From: Alphaproteobacteria bacterium
GTDB lineage: Bacteria; Pseudomonadota; Alphaproteobacteria; UBA7887
Direction: 5' to 3'
NCBI GenBank assembly: GCA_965216755.1
Contig: CBDCGL010000011.1
Location: 1,216,001 to 1,280,000 of the forward strand
DNA length: 64,000 nucleotides
A program made the translations under genes and the position numbers. Positions 1 through 8,716 of the stretch are shown piece by piece (within the stretch, counting starts at the first letter, position 1; each line of letters opens with the position of its first letter). The notes under the pieces are model-generated. The model did not search any database. It was not told where the DNA came from and saw nothing but the letters and a program-made list of their open reading frames with translations.

Positions 1-128
1 TCCGTGAGGTCTGATTCCGCCGTATGGAACCATGTCGCGAGCTTGTTTTTGTTGGTCAGAAAAGACCACACTGTTTCACGCGTCGCATTGAAGAACACAG
101 TTTTCGAAATTGTCGTCGCGTCAGCCAT
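1..128 (-). CDS. SRPBCC/Aha1-domain protein (5' part; runs off the window start)
   Basis: ATG at 128 overlaps the end of the ArsR gene; manual translation MADATTISKTVFFNATRETVWSFLTNKNKLATWF matches the SRPBCC N-terminus; ArsR-SRPBCC is a common pairing. Confidence 0.75.
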   Translation of the reverse strand, partial: MADATTISKTVFFNATRETVWSFLTNKNKLATWFHTAESDLT

Positions 129-468
129 TTTTCGACCTCTCCTCATCCTCAATTGCATCTTGCAAGGCGGCCAAACGTGCATCCCAGAATTGGTCGAAAT
201 AGCTGAGCCAGTCGGCAACAGTCTTCAAGCCGAGTGGCTCAAGTCGGTTGATACGTTCACGACCTCTGGGCTGGACGGAAATCAACGCGCCCTTTTCCAG
301 GACTGTCAGATGCTTTTTGACAGCAGCGCGTGTCATATCGAAACAGGCGGCGACCTCGCCAACCGTCATGTCCCGTTCACTAAGAAAAACCAGGATGTCA
401 CGCCGCGTCGGATCGGCGAGCGCGCGAAATGCGCCCTGAACCGCCGTCTTGTCAGTCATCGTATTCAT
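121..468 (-). CDS. ArsR/SmtB family transcriptional regulator
   Basis: FRALADPTRRDIL...AVKKHLTVLEKGALI...GRER winged-helix signature. Confidence 0.9.
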   Translation of the reverse strand: MNTMTDKTAVQGAFRALADPTRRDILVFLSERDMTVGEVAACFDMTRAAVKKHLTVLEKGALISVQPRGRERINRLEPLGLKTVADWLSYFDQFWDARLAALQDAIEDEERSKNG

Positions 469-563
469 TTCAACTCGGATGCTGGGGTCAGCCTGCCGCC
501 TTGATCGACAAAACCCTGCTGCGTCCAGTTCGACCTTGATGGCGTAAACATCGCGACCTCATA

Positions 564-607
564 TGAAACCGGTTGGTATCATTTTTATAAGATACCATTT
601 AGTATCA
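564..607. promoter_or_regulatory. Two tandem imperfect palindromes, probable ArsR auto-operator
   Basis: tgaaaccggttggtatca and agataccatttagtatca about 100 bp upstream of the ArsR gene. Confidence 0.5.
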
Positions 608-802
608 TGTCAAGGTCGGAATTTCACCATCCGTCACGGCGCTGCTTGCGTTGACAATCGCACCGCGCGGAAGGCCGGATCATGTTGCGACGGTATCTAA
701 ACGATTATTGTGACAATATTTCTCACAATAACTACCCGAAGGCACGACGCCAAAACATCATTTTGTCGCACGTGAACGTCGCGAGCGGGCGCCCCCCAAG
801 TG

Positions 803-1681
803 CTATCCAGTTTCCATCGGTAACGATAAGTCGTTGGCCCATTCCGACATCGACGCGTCATACACCGTGACGTTGTCGTGGCCCAACATGGTCAATATAA
901 AAGCGTCGTTGGTTGCAGCAATGCCACCGCCGCAGTACAGAACGATACGGTCGCTGGCCAGCGCCCCGGATTCCGCAAACAGGTTTCTGAGTTCGGTCAA
1001 AGGTCGATAAGTTTTGCTATCCGGATCAATCAGGTGGATCCCCGGCACGTTGACACTGCCCGGGATCCGGCCGGGACGGCCATAATTTACCGAGTCCGAA
1101 CCATCATGGAGACTCGGCCGCAAGGCGTTTACGATACATGCACCGGCATCGTCCATGGCCTGGCGAACATCGTCTTTGGTACAGAAGAGACCGTCGCGAG
1201 GACGTGCGGTCAGCTCACCCGGTGGGTAGGTTGTCGGCGTCGTAGAGATCTCTCGACCTTCCGCTTGCCATTTATCGAAGCCGCCATTGAGGACAGCAGC
1301 TGAATCGAAACCGATCGCGCGTAGCATCCACCAAACCCGGGTCGCCCACTGGATATTGTCGCGGCTGTACAGCACGACACGCGCGTTGTTGTTGATGCCG
1401 TTTTCTGCTAAAGCCGACGCCAGCCAGTTTGGCGCGGGCATCATGAAATTGAAACTGGAGTCGGGATCGGACAGCGCACCCGGCAGATCCAGAAAAGCGG
1501 AGTTGGGAATATGTCCGGCTTCATGGTCAGCGCGCCCGCTCTCCACGCGATAAATTCGCGGCGGATCCGGCCTTAACCAAACGGTACAGTCATAGAGGCG
1601 TAGGTCAGGATCAGATAGGTGTGCCGCGAGCCAGTCGGTCTCCACCAACATTCGCTCGATTGCCGCTCGATCGCCTGCCAT
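803..1681 (-). CDS. Two-domain rhodanese/3-mercaptopyruvate sulfurtransferase (SseA-like)
   Basis: GHIP, RVWWML, LNGG, GRIPGS, active-site YCGGG, VYDASMSEW. Confidence 0.9.
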   Translation of the reverse strand: MAGDRAAIERMLVETDWLAAHLSDPDLRLYDCTVWLRPDPPRIYRVESGRADHEAGHIPNSAFLDLPGALSDPDSSFNFMMPAPNWLASALAENGINNNARVVLYSRDNIQWATRVWWMLRAIGFDSAAVLNGGFDKWQAEGREISTTPTTYPPGELTARPRDGLFCTKDDVRQAMDDAGACIVNALRPSLHDGSDSVNYGRPGRIPGSVNVPGIHLIDPDSKTYRPLTELRNLFAESGALASDRIVLYCGGGIAATNDAFILTMLGHDNVTVYDASMSEWANDLSLPMETG

Positions 1682-1824
1682 GTCGAATACCCTTTACCGA
1701 CTTTGTCGTATCTGTCCTACCTTCGTGTAACACGGTCGCGCACCGAAAACAAAGTGGTAGCTGACGGATCGGGCTAGACGGTGTCGATATTACCGGAGCA
1801 CGATTTGCCGTGGCTAGGGATGAG

Positions 1825-2745
1825 ATGTTTAAAGGTTTCGACGGCCGACGTATCGCGACGAGCGACACGGAAATCAACCTTGTTGTCGGTGGTACCGGTC
1901 CCCCGTTGCTGCTGCTCCATGGCTACCCACAAACCCACATCATGTGGCACAAGATGGCACCGGAGCTGGCGAAAAAGTATACGGTCGTCGCGCCGGACTT
2001 GCGCGGTTATGGCGACAGCGGCAAGCCGCCATCTGGAACCGATCACGCGGGCTACACCCACCGCGCAATGGCCGAAGATCAGCGACAAATCATGGCGACA
2101 CTCGGTTTCGAGCGATTTCATCTGGTGGGTCACGACCGCGGCGCGCGCGTCGGCTATCGGCTTGCCTACGACACGCCGGACGTTCTTCGCAGTTTATCCA
2201 TCTTGGACGTGGTGGCCACGGCGGATGTATTTGCCAATGTCGACGCGGCCATGGCGAAAGCATATTTCCATTGGTTTTTGATGTTGCAGCCCGCGCCGCT
2301 TGCCGAAACTCTTATGGGGGCGGCACCTGAGTTCTATTTGCGCTGGTTGCTCGACCGGTGGTGCAGCACGCCTGACGCCATCACGGACGCCGCGTTCGCC
2401 GAATATCTGCGGTGTTTTAGGGATCCGGAAACGTTGCATGCGATGTGCGAGGACTACCGCGCCGCCGGCTTGGATATCACCCATGACGATGCCGATGGCA
2501 GTGCAAAAATCCGTTGTCCGCTGCTTGTATTGTGGGGCCAGAAACAGCAGCAGCATCCGGGTTGGCCAAGTTTGCGCCTGGACATTATGGCGACGTGGCA
2601 GGCGCGCGCCGAAAACGTCAGCGGGGGGCCCATTGATTGCGGTCATTTCTTGCCCGAGGAGGCCCCCGACGCCACCACGGACGCCATCGTCGCGTTTCTG
2701 GAGGCGCAAACGTCGTCCGAACAGATCAATACTCGCGAGTCATAG
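1825..2745 (+). CDS. Fluoroacetate/haloacetate dehalogenase-like alpha/beta hydrolase
   Basis: LLHGYPQTH, nucleophile motif GHDRGARV, YFHWF, CEDYRA, GHFLPEE; start placed at ATG 1825. Confidence 0.8.
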   Translation: MFKGFDGRRIATSDTEINLVVGGTGPPLLLLHGYPQTHIMWHKMAPELAKKYTVVAPDLRGYGDSGKPPSGTDHAGYTHRAMAEDQRQIMATLGFERFHLVGHDRGARVGYRLAYDTPDVLRSLSILDVVATADVFANVDAAMAKAYFHWFLMLQPAPLAETLMGAAPEFYLRWLLDRWCSTPDAITDAAFAEYLRCFRDPETLHAMCEDYRAAGLDITHDDADGSAKIRCPLLVLWGQKQQQHPGWPSLRLDIMATWQARAENVSGGPIDCGHFLPEEAPDATTDAIVAFLEAQTSSEQINTRES

Positions 2746-3552
2746 GGCTTGTTGCCCAAGCCCACGCAGTGAATCGTCCGAGACCAGGGCCATCGGCGCC
2801 CAATTCTGCGATCTGACATAGTCCGGTCGGGCATTGGGCACGTCCCTCGGACGGTTTTCAGTACGATTAAAGCAGAAGTAAGCTTGCCATCGGTCCAAAG
2901 CGGAAAGGTTATGTCCTGACGCATGAATGATGTTGCAGTCAAACACCACGACGTCGCCGGGTTGACCAGTTATGGCAACCGGCTTAGTTGCACCGTTCAG
3001 AACTTCGCGCACGGTCGCGTGCGGCACCGTCCACAATTTGTAGGGTGTTGACTCATCCCACACCGGATCGACTCGGCCACGCGTGTGGCTGCCAGGCACG
3101 AAATAGAGGCAGCCATTGAACTCGGTCGCCTCGTTGAGCATGACCATCACAGTGAGCATGTCGGGGGCCACGATGCCATCCAAATGCCAGGAGCCGAAAT
3201 CCTGGTGCCATGGCCAAACTGTGCCATCGATTGCGCCCTTCATGTTGACCTTTGTGTGATGAATGTAGACCTCGCTGTCGCCAAGCAGTTGCTGTGCCAT
3301 GCCCAACACGCGCGGCAGCCGCGACGCAGCGCCAAATGCCGCCGATGCCGTCGGCCCGTCACCCTCATGCATGCGAAACATGGTTTTTGCCGTGCCCGCC
3401 GCACCTTCCCGAAACACGCAGGGATCGCTAACCTGCGCGAGTCGGGCGACTTCAGCGCGTAGGCACGCCACTTCTGTTTCATCAAACAGCGACGGCAACA
3501 CGAGATAGCCGTCTTTGGCATATTGCGCACATTGTGATTGGCTAAGCGGCAT
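2740..3552 (-). CDS. Phytanoyl-CoA dioxygenase family Fe(II)/2-oxoglutarate hydroxylase (ectoine/proline hydroxylase-like)
   Basis: WHQDFGSWH, NGCLYFVPGSH, HASGHN...R iron and 2OG motifs. Confidence 0.85.
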   Translation of the reverse strand: MPLSQSQCAQYAKDGYLVLPSLFDETEVACLRAEVARLAQVSDPCVFREGAAGTAKTMFRMHEGDGPTASAAFGAASRLPRVLGMAQQLLGDSEVYIHHTKVNMKGAIDGTVWPWHQDFGSWHLDGIVAPDMLTVMVMLNEATEFNGCLYFVPGSHTRGRVDPVWDESTPYKLWTVPHATVREVLNGATKPVAITGQPGDVVVFDCNIIHASGHNLSALDRWQAYFCFNRTENRPRDVPNARPDYVRSQNWAPMALVSDDSLRGLGQQAL

Positions 3553-3578
3553 CGCAGTACTTCCTTCTCGCGTTCGGT

Positions 3579-4364
3579 TTACGCGAACCGGACCGTGACA
3601 TCACCCAGCGCACCAAATGTCGCGGTCACCGAGTCACCCTGCTTGGCAAAGATCGGCGCATTGGCCGTATTGCCTGTTGTGACGATCTCACCAGCAATCA
3701 AGCTATGCCCCCGGCCAGTACAACGATTGGCAAGCCAAACCAAAGCATTGATCGGATCGTCCAGGGCATTGCCCCCGATGCCGTCCGTGCTGAAAGCGCC
3801 GTTGACCTCTGCCCGGACAGGTATCCGTGGGCGATCGGTAGCACGCCAATCAGGCACCTCAGAGCCGAGCACAAAAGCGCCATGCACGCCGTTGTCGGCG
3901 ATTGTCGGCAGTATCGTGATCGGCCAACCACCTTCGTAACGGCAATCGACGATCTCGATCGCCGGGTACATGGCATCGACTGCATCCAAGATTGTATCGA
4001 TGTCGAAGGGCGCATTCTCCGGCGTAATATCGCGACCCAATCGGAAAGCGATTTCGGGTTCAACGATCGGTGCGAAGAAAACTTGCGAGTCAAGGTCCGC
4101 CGGGCTGGCGAAACTCGTCAACATCAACATGCGACCATAGAACGGTTCGTCGGTCTTCGACATTTCCTGCGCCATTTTGCTGGTGCAGCCGACCTTCCAG
4201 CCATAGCTGGAGTCGCCAAGGGCCGCGATCAGTCTTTCTTGCACAGCGTATGCGTCGTCAACTGACTGCGGTTCCGCGCCGACCGAAAATGACTCAAGGG
4301 CCTTTCGCCCGCGTCTGACCCGTAGGAGTTGCGATGCCGCAGTCTCGATTGCACCCTTGTCCAT
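3579..4364 (-). CDS. 2-keto-4-pentenoate hydratase / FAH-family protein
   Basis: AYAVQ, GWKVGCTS, VEPEIAF, PAIEIVDCR, IADNG, GEIVTTG; start at MDKGA (4364). Confidence 0.85.
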   Translation of the reverse strand: MDKGAIETAASQLLRVRRGRKALESFSVGAEPQSVDDAYAVQERLIAALGDSSYGWKVGCTSKMAQEMSKTDEPFYGRMLMLTSFASPADLDSQVFFAPIVEPEIAFRLGRDITPENAPFDIDTILDAVDAMYPAIEIVDCRYEGGWPITILPTIADNGVHGAFVLGSEVPDWRATDRPRIPVRAEVNGAFSTDGIGGNALDDPINALVWLANRCTGRGHSLIAGEIVTTGNTANAPIFAKQGDSVTATFGALGDVTVRFA

Positions 4365-4500
4365 GCCCTGTTTCCTCCCGCGCCCCTTGCCCAAATCCGG
4401 ATCTATTTTGGCGCTCAGGCGCAGAATAAGGCTCGCGTTTTCCGGGATACAGACGCGCCCAGAGTGTGAACGTTGGCGACGGCGGAAACCACAAGGGCGT

Positions 4501-4824
4501 TCAATAGCACGTGGTTCTGGTTCCCCACTGTATACGCCCGTCTGGCAAATAACGATAAACGCGATCTTGCACGCAATAGCGTGGCCGTGGCGGCACATAG
4601 GCGACTGGCGGTGGCGGGGGATAGTAAGGACGTGTCAACAAGCTACCTAAGAGAATGGCACCCCCAATGATTCCGGCGCCAATGAGAATATCGCCTCCGA
4701 TATTGCCGTAGTGGCCATGATGATGCCCGCGGTGATGGCTGTGGTACCGACCGCCGGCTTCCGCCGACACGGGCCCCAGCAGGATACCCGTGGCAACGAC
4801 GACAAGAGTCATGCATTTCATCAT
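4501..4824 (-). CDS. Small secreted His/Gly/Pro-rich hypothetical protein
   Basis: Signal peptide ending AEA, HSHHRGHHHGHY tract, glycine-zipper-like segment, poly-Pro, two C-terminal Cys; GGGAG RBS. Confidence 0.65.
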   Translation of the reverse strand: MMKCMTLVVVATGILLGPVSAEAGGRYHSHHRGHHHGHYGNIGGDILIGAGIIGGAILLGSLLTRPYYPPPPPVAYVPPRPRYCVQDRVYRYLPDGRIQWGTRTTCY

Positions 4825-4966
4825 TCTGGCGCTCCCGCTTCTTGTTTTTGCCTATGATAGCAGAAACGCACGGGCCGGCCGAGCGGCGCGGAAACGGCCC
4901 CATCGTCGGTCATACCGGTGTCAGCGGGTCAAGATGTTCGTATCGGCGTGGGGCGGGAGACCCGCG

Positions 4967-6007
4967 CTAATCGGATTCCATGATCCGTCGATGCGCGGCT
5001 ATAAGGCTCGAAACGCGGGCGGGGTCTGTACGGCCCCATCCGCATTCTGTCGAAACGCCAAATCGCCGGGTAACTTTTTCGGCTGCCGCGATACGCGCGC
5101 GGTCGCCGTCGCCATCGTTACAGTGGACAAGCCCGAGATAGAGATCGGTGGCATCATTCAGATCGAGCGATCCGAGCCTGGCGAAATAGGCGCGATCCGT
5201 GCGATCCTTTGGCACTGGTACGTGAACATAATCGAGGGGGCGATTCAGCACTTTGCCTAGGCCATTGATCATTTCCACAGCAATGGAAAGATCTTTCGGC
5301 ATGACGAGGTGCTCGTCCTTGGGCGTGCCGTAGCAAAAATGGTAGCCAAGCTCAACAGGCTCGGGCACTGCGTTACCAAGTCGCCCCATCTCAGTAAAGA
5401 TCTGCGCCGTGTAATCCGCCGGACGTTGTGGAAAGTAATCTGCGAATATCAAGACTTCTTGGCAAATATCCCACTGAATTGACAAGTCTGAAGCAGGAAT
5501 TGCCCGAACGATTTCTAACAGAGCTTGAAGCAACGCCCGTTCATAGGTGGCCAAGTAATCGTCGAGCGCCGCCGGCGACACATATATGTAACCCGATGCC
5601 ATCGGCGACGGCAATGCGACTTGGAACCGCATCCCTTGAGGAATGATCGCAGCGTCCCGCAGCGCGCGGAAAATCTTATACGAGCCCTGCGCGGCATCCG
5701 CATGACCGGTTTCGAACACGACATCGGTCGGATCCACGCCCGGCCTGAAGCGAACCAACTCCGTGTTGCGTATCAGTGTGCCGTCCCATTGTTCCAATCG
5801 CAATGGCGCGGCACTGGGGTCAAGTTCCATGTCGGGGATGGTTCAGCAACATTTCCCGTTGCCAATAGATCCAGCGATGGCGTTCACCGGTTTCCCCGTC
5901 GGGAATACGTTTCAACCATCGCCCGAGTTCGCCCGCCAGAGTCCGAAACACGCTTTCCGCGTCGGCCATGGCGACACTGCCGAGGAGGTGAACGCCGACG
6001 CTCTCAT
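4967..6007 (-). pseudogene. Cobalamin-independent methionine synthase (MetE catalytic-domain)-like gene, frameshifted
   Basis: ORF 4967-5830 has FQVALPSP, IQWD, GYHFCYG, HVPVP, STECGWGR; the conserved N-terminus (VHLLGSV...VFR...RIPDGETGER..WI) is in another frame upstream, joined by an extra base at the G4 run 5834-5837. Confidence 0.7.
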
Positions 6008-6056
6008 GAATCTGGAACCCCCGCGCATAACCGGGAGACGGCTAAATAGACGCCAA

Positions 6057-8708
6057 CTAACCCGTTTTGTCGTCCAAGGCGGCATGCGCTGCGGCCAGAC
6101 GCGCAATCGGCACACGAAATGGCGAGCAAGACACATAGTCCAATCCGTTTTCGTGACAGAAGTAGATTGAATCGGGATCGCCGCCATGTTCACCGCAGAT
6201 CCCCAGTTTGATTTCCGGACGCGTGGCGCGGCCACGCTCGACCGCGATACGGATGAGCTCGCCGACACCGTCGCGGTCGATCGTCACAAAAGGATCGCGT
6301 GGAACCAATTTCAAATCTTCATATGTACCCAAGAATTGACCAGAATCATCGCGGCTGATGCCAAACGTTGTTTGCGTCAGATCGTTGGTACCAAAACTAA
6401 AGAATTCTGCGATTTCCGCAATATCGCCGGCACGCAAACACGCCCGCGGCAGTTCGATCATCGTACCCAGCAAATAGCGGACTGTCTTACCGGTCTCGCT
6501 TGCGATCTCAGACTCGACGGCGACGACTCGCTCCTGCAATCGCGCAAGCTCGCCGCGCGAAAAAGCCAAGGGGATCATGATTTCAGGCTCAGCATCGGTC
6601 TCAAGCGCCGCCTCAAAAATTGCGCGCACTTGCATTTCGTAAATCTCAGGATGGGTGATACCCAACCGACAACCCCGATGGCCAAGCATCGGATTAAGTT
6701 CATGCAGCTGAGCCGCGCGGTGCCGCACCGTTGCCTCGGGCGCACCCGTGGCCTCCGCAAGCTCCGCAAACTCCGCATCTGTCTTGGGCAAAAACTCGTG
6801 CAGCGGCGGATCCAACAGCCGAATTGTAACTGGCAATCCCTTCATGACTTCAAAGATTTCGATGAAATCCCGCCGTTGCATTGGTAGAATCCTAGCCATG
6901 GCACCGCGCCGTAGGTCCTCGCTCTCGGCCATGACCATTTCTCGCATGGCAACGATCCGATCGTCCTGAAAGAACATGTGCTCGGTACGGCACAGACCGA
7001 TGCCTTCGGCGCCGAAATCGCGCGCGGCGCGCACATCCGGGCCGGTTTCTGCATTGGTGCGCACCCTGAGACGACGATGCGCATCCGCCCAACCCATCAA
7101 CGTCTCAAAATCCGAACCCAGTTCCGGCATGATCGTCGGCACCTCGCCGACCATGACCTCGCCCGTCGATCCGTCGATGGTCACCGTGTCGCCGACCTTC
7201 AAGGTTCGGCCATTTGCAGATAAAGTCTGCGCCTTGTAGTCAATTCTGATCGAACCGGCGCCGGATACACAGGGCCGTCCCATGCCCCGTGCTACGACCG
7301 CGGCGTGGCTGGTCATCCCGCCGCGGGCCGTCAGTATCCCGCGTGCCGCATGCATGCCGTGAATGTCATCGGGGCTGGTTTCGACCCGCGCGAGGATGAC
7401 ATCTTGGCCGCGCTGCGCGCGCATTTCGGCGTCCGCCGCGTCCAACGACAAGACCCCGGATGCAGCGCCCGGCGAAGCTGCCAGACCACGCGCCAAAACC
7501 ACACGCTCCGCTTTCGGATCCAACATCGGGTGCAACAGTTGCTCCAACGACGCCGGATCGATCCGTCGCACAGCAGTGGCCGCATCGATCAGGCCTTCGT
7601 TGGCCATGTCGACGGCAATCTTCAACGCCGCGCGCGCTGTGCGTTTTCCCGAACGTGTTTGCAACATCCACAAACGGCCCTGCTGGACCGTAAACTCGAT
7701 ATCTTGCAAGTCGCGATAGTGGTTTTCGAGTTTGTCGAAAACGCCCAGCAACTGTTGAAAGACTTCCGGCATGACTTCTTCCATGGCCGGAAGATCAGAG
7801 TCGATGCTCGTACGACCATCTATTGACAGCGGCTGTGGTGTCCGGATCCCCGCGACGACGTCTTCGCCCTGGGCATTGACCAGATATTCGCCGTAAACGG
7901 ATTTCTCTCCGGTCGCTGGATTGCGGGTAAAAGCGACTCCCGTCGCACAGTTATCACCCATATTTCCAAAGACCATGCTTTGCACATTGACGGCAGTCCC
8001 CCATTCCGCCGGAATGTTATGGAGCTTTCTGTACGTGATCGCTCGCTGGTTCATCCAGCTGTTGAACACCGCGCCAATTGCCCCCCACAATTGTTCCTGC
8101 GGATCCTGTGGAAAGGGCCGGCCGAGCTCCTGTTGGACCTTGTCTTTATATTGCTCGACTAATTTTTTCCAATCGCCTTCGTCCAGTTCGGTATCAAGGG
8201 TCCTACCGCTATCTTCCTTATAGTTTGCTAACAGGTCTTCAAAATGATGATGGTCAACACCAAGCACCACATCGCCGTACATCTGAATGAAACGTCGGTA
8301 GCTGTCGAATGCGAACCGCGGATCATTACTGCCGGCGGCCAGACCTGCCACGGTTTCGTCGTTCAAGCCAAGATTCAGTACGGTATCCATCATGCCGGGC
8401 ATCGACGCTCGCGCCCCTGAGCGAACCGAAACCAGGAGCGGTTTGGCAGGATTGCCAAGTTCGCCGTCGACGGCAGATTCGATCTCGGCCAAAGCGGCAT
8501 GGAGTTGCTCGCGGAGTCCCTCCGGATAGCATCGATCATTTGCGTAAAACGACGTGCATACGTCCGTTGTGATTGTAAATCCGGGCGGAACGGGCAAACC
8601 CAAATTGCTCATTTCGGCGAGATTTGCCCCCTTGCCGCCCAGAAGCTCGCGCATTTCCGCGTTCCCGTCCGCGCTGCCGTTGCCAAACCTATACACCCAT
8701 TTGCTCAT
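6057..8708 (-). CDS. ppdK: Pyruvate, phosphate dikinase
   Basis: LLGGKGANLAEM, GGMTSHAAVVARG (phospho-His), GIGLCRTEHMF, FSFGTNDLTQ, GICGEHGGDP. Confidence 0.98.
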   Translation of the reverse strand: MSKWVYRFGNGSADGNAEMRELLGGKGANLAEMSNLGLPVPPGFTITTDVCTSFYANDRCYPEGLREQLHAALAEIESAVDGELGNPAKPLLVSVRSGARASMPGMMDTVLNLGLNDETVAGLAAGSNDPRFAFDSYRRFIQMYGDVVLGVDHHHFEDLLANYKEDSGRTLDTELDEGDWKKLVEQYKDKVQQELGRPFPQDPQEQLWGAIGAVFNSWMNQRAITYRKLHNIPAEWGTAVNVQSMVFGNMGDNCATGVAFTRNPATGEKSVYGEYLVNAQGEDVVAGIRTPQPLSIDGRTSIDSDLPAMEEVMPEVFQQLLGVFDKLENHYRDLQDIEFTVQQGRLWMLQTRSGKRTARAALKIAVDMANEGLIDAATAVRRIDPASLEQLLHPMLDPKAERVVLARGLAASPGAASGVLSLDAADAEMRAQRGQDVILARVETSPDDIHGMHAARGILTARGGMTSHAAVVARGMGRPCVSGAGSIRIDYKAQTLSANGRTLKVGDTVTIDGSTGEVMVGEVPTIMPELGSDFETLMGWADAHRRLRVRTNAETGPDVRAARDFGAEGIGLCRTEHMFFQDDRIVAMREMVMAESEDLRRGAMARILPMQRRDFIEIFEVMKGLPVTIRLLDPPLHEFLPKTDAEFAELAEATGAPEATVRHRAAQLHELNPMLGHRGCRLGITHPEIYEMQVRAIFEAALETDAEPEIMIPLAFSRGELARLQERVVAVESEIASETGKTVRYLLGTMIELPRACLRAGDIAEIAEFFSFGTNDLTQTTFGISRDDSGQFLGTYEDLKLVPRDPFVTIDRDGVGELIRIAVERGRATRPEIKLGICGEHGGDPDSIYFCHENGLDYVSCSPFRVPIARLAAAHAALDDKTG

Positions 8709-8716
8709 GTCGTGAG

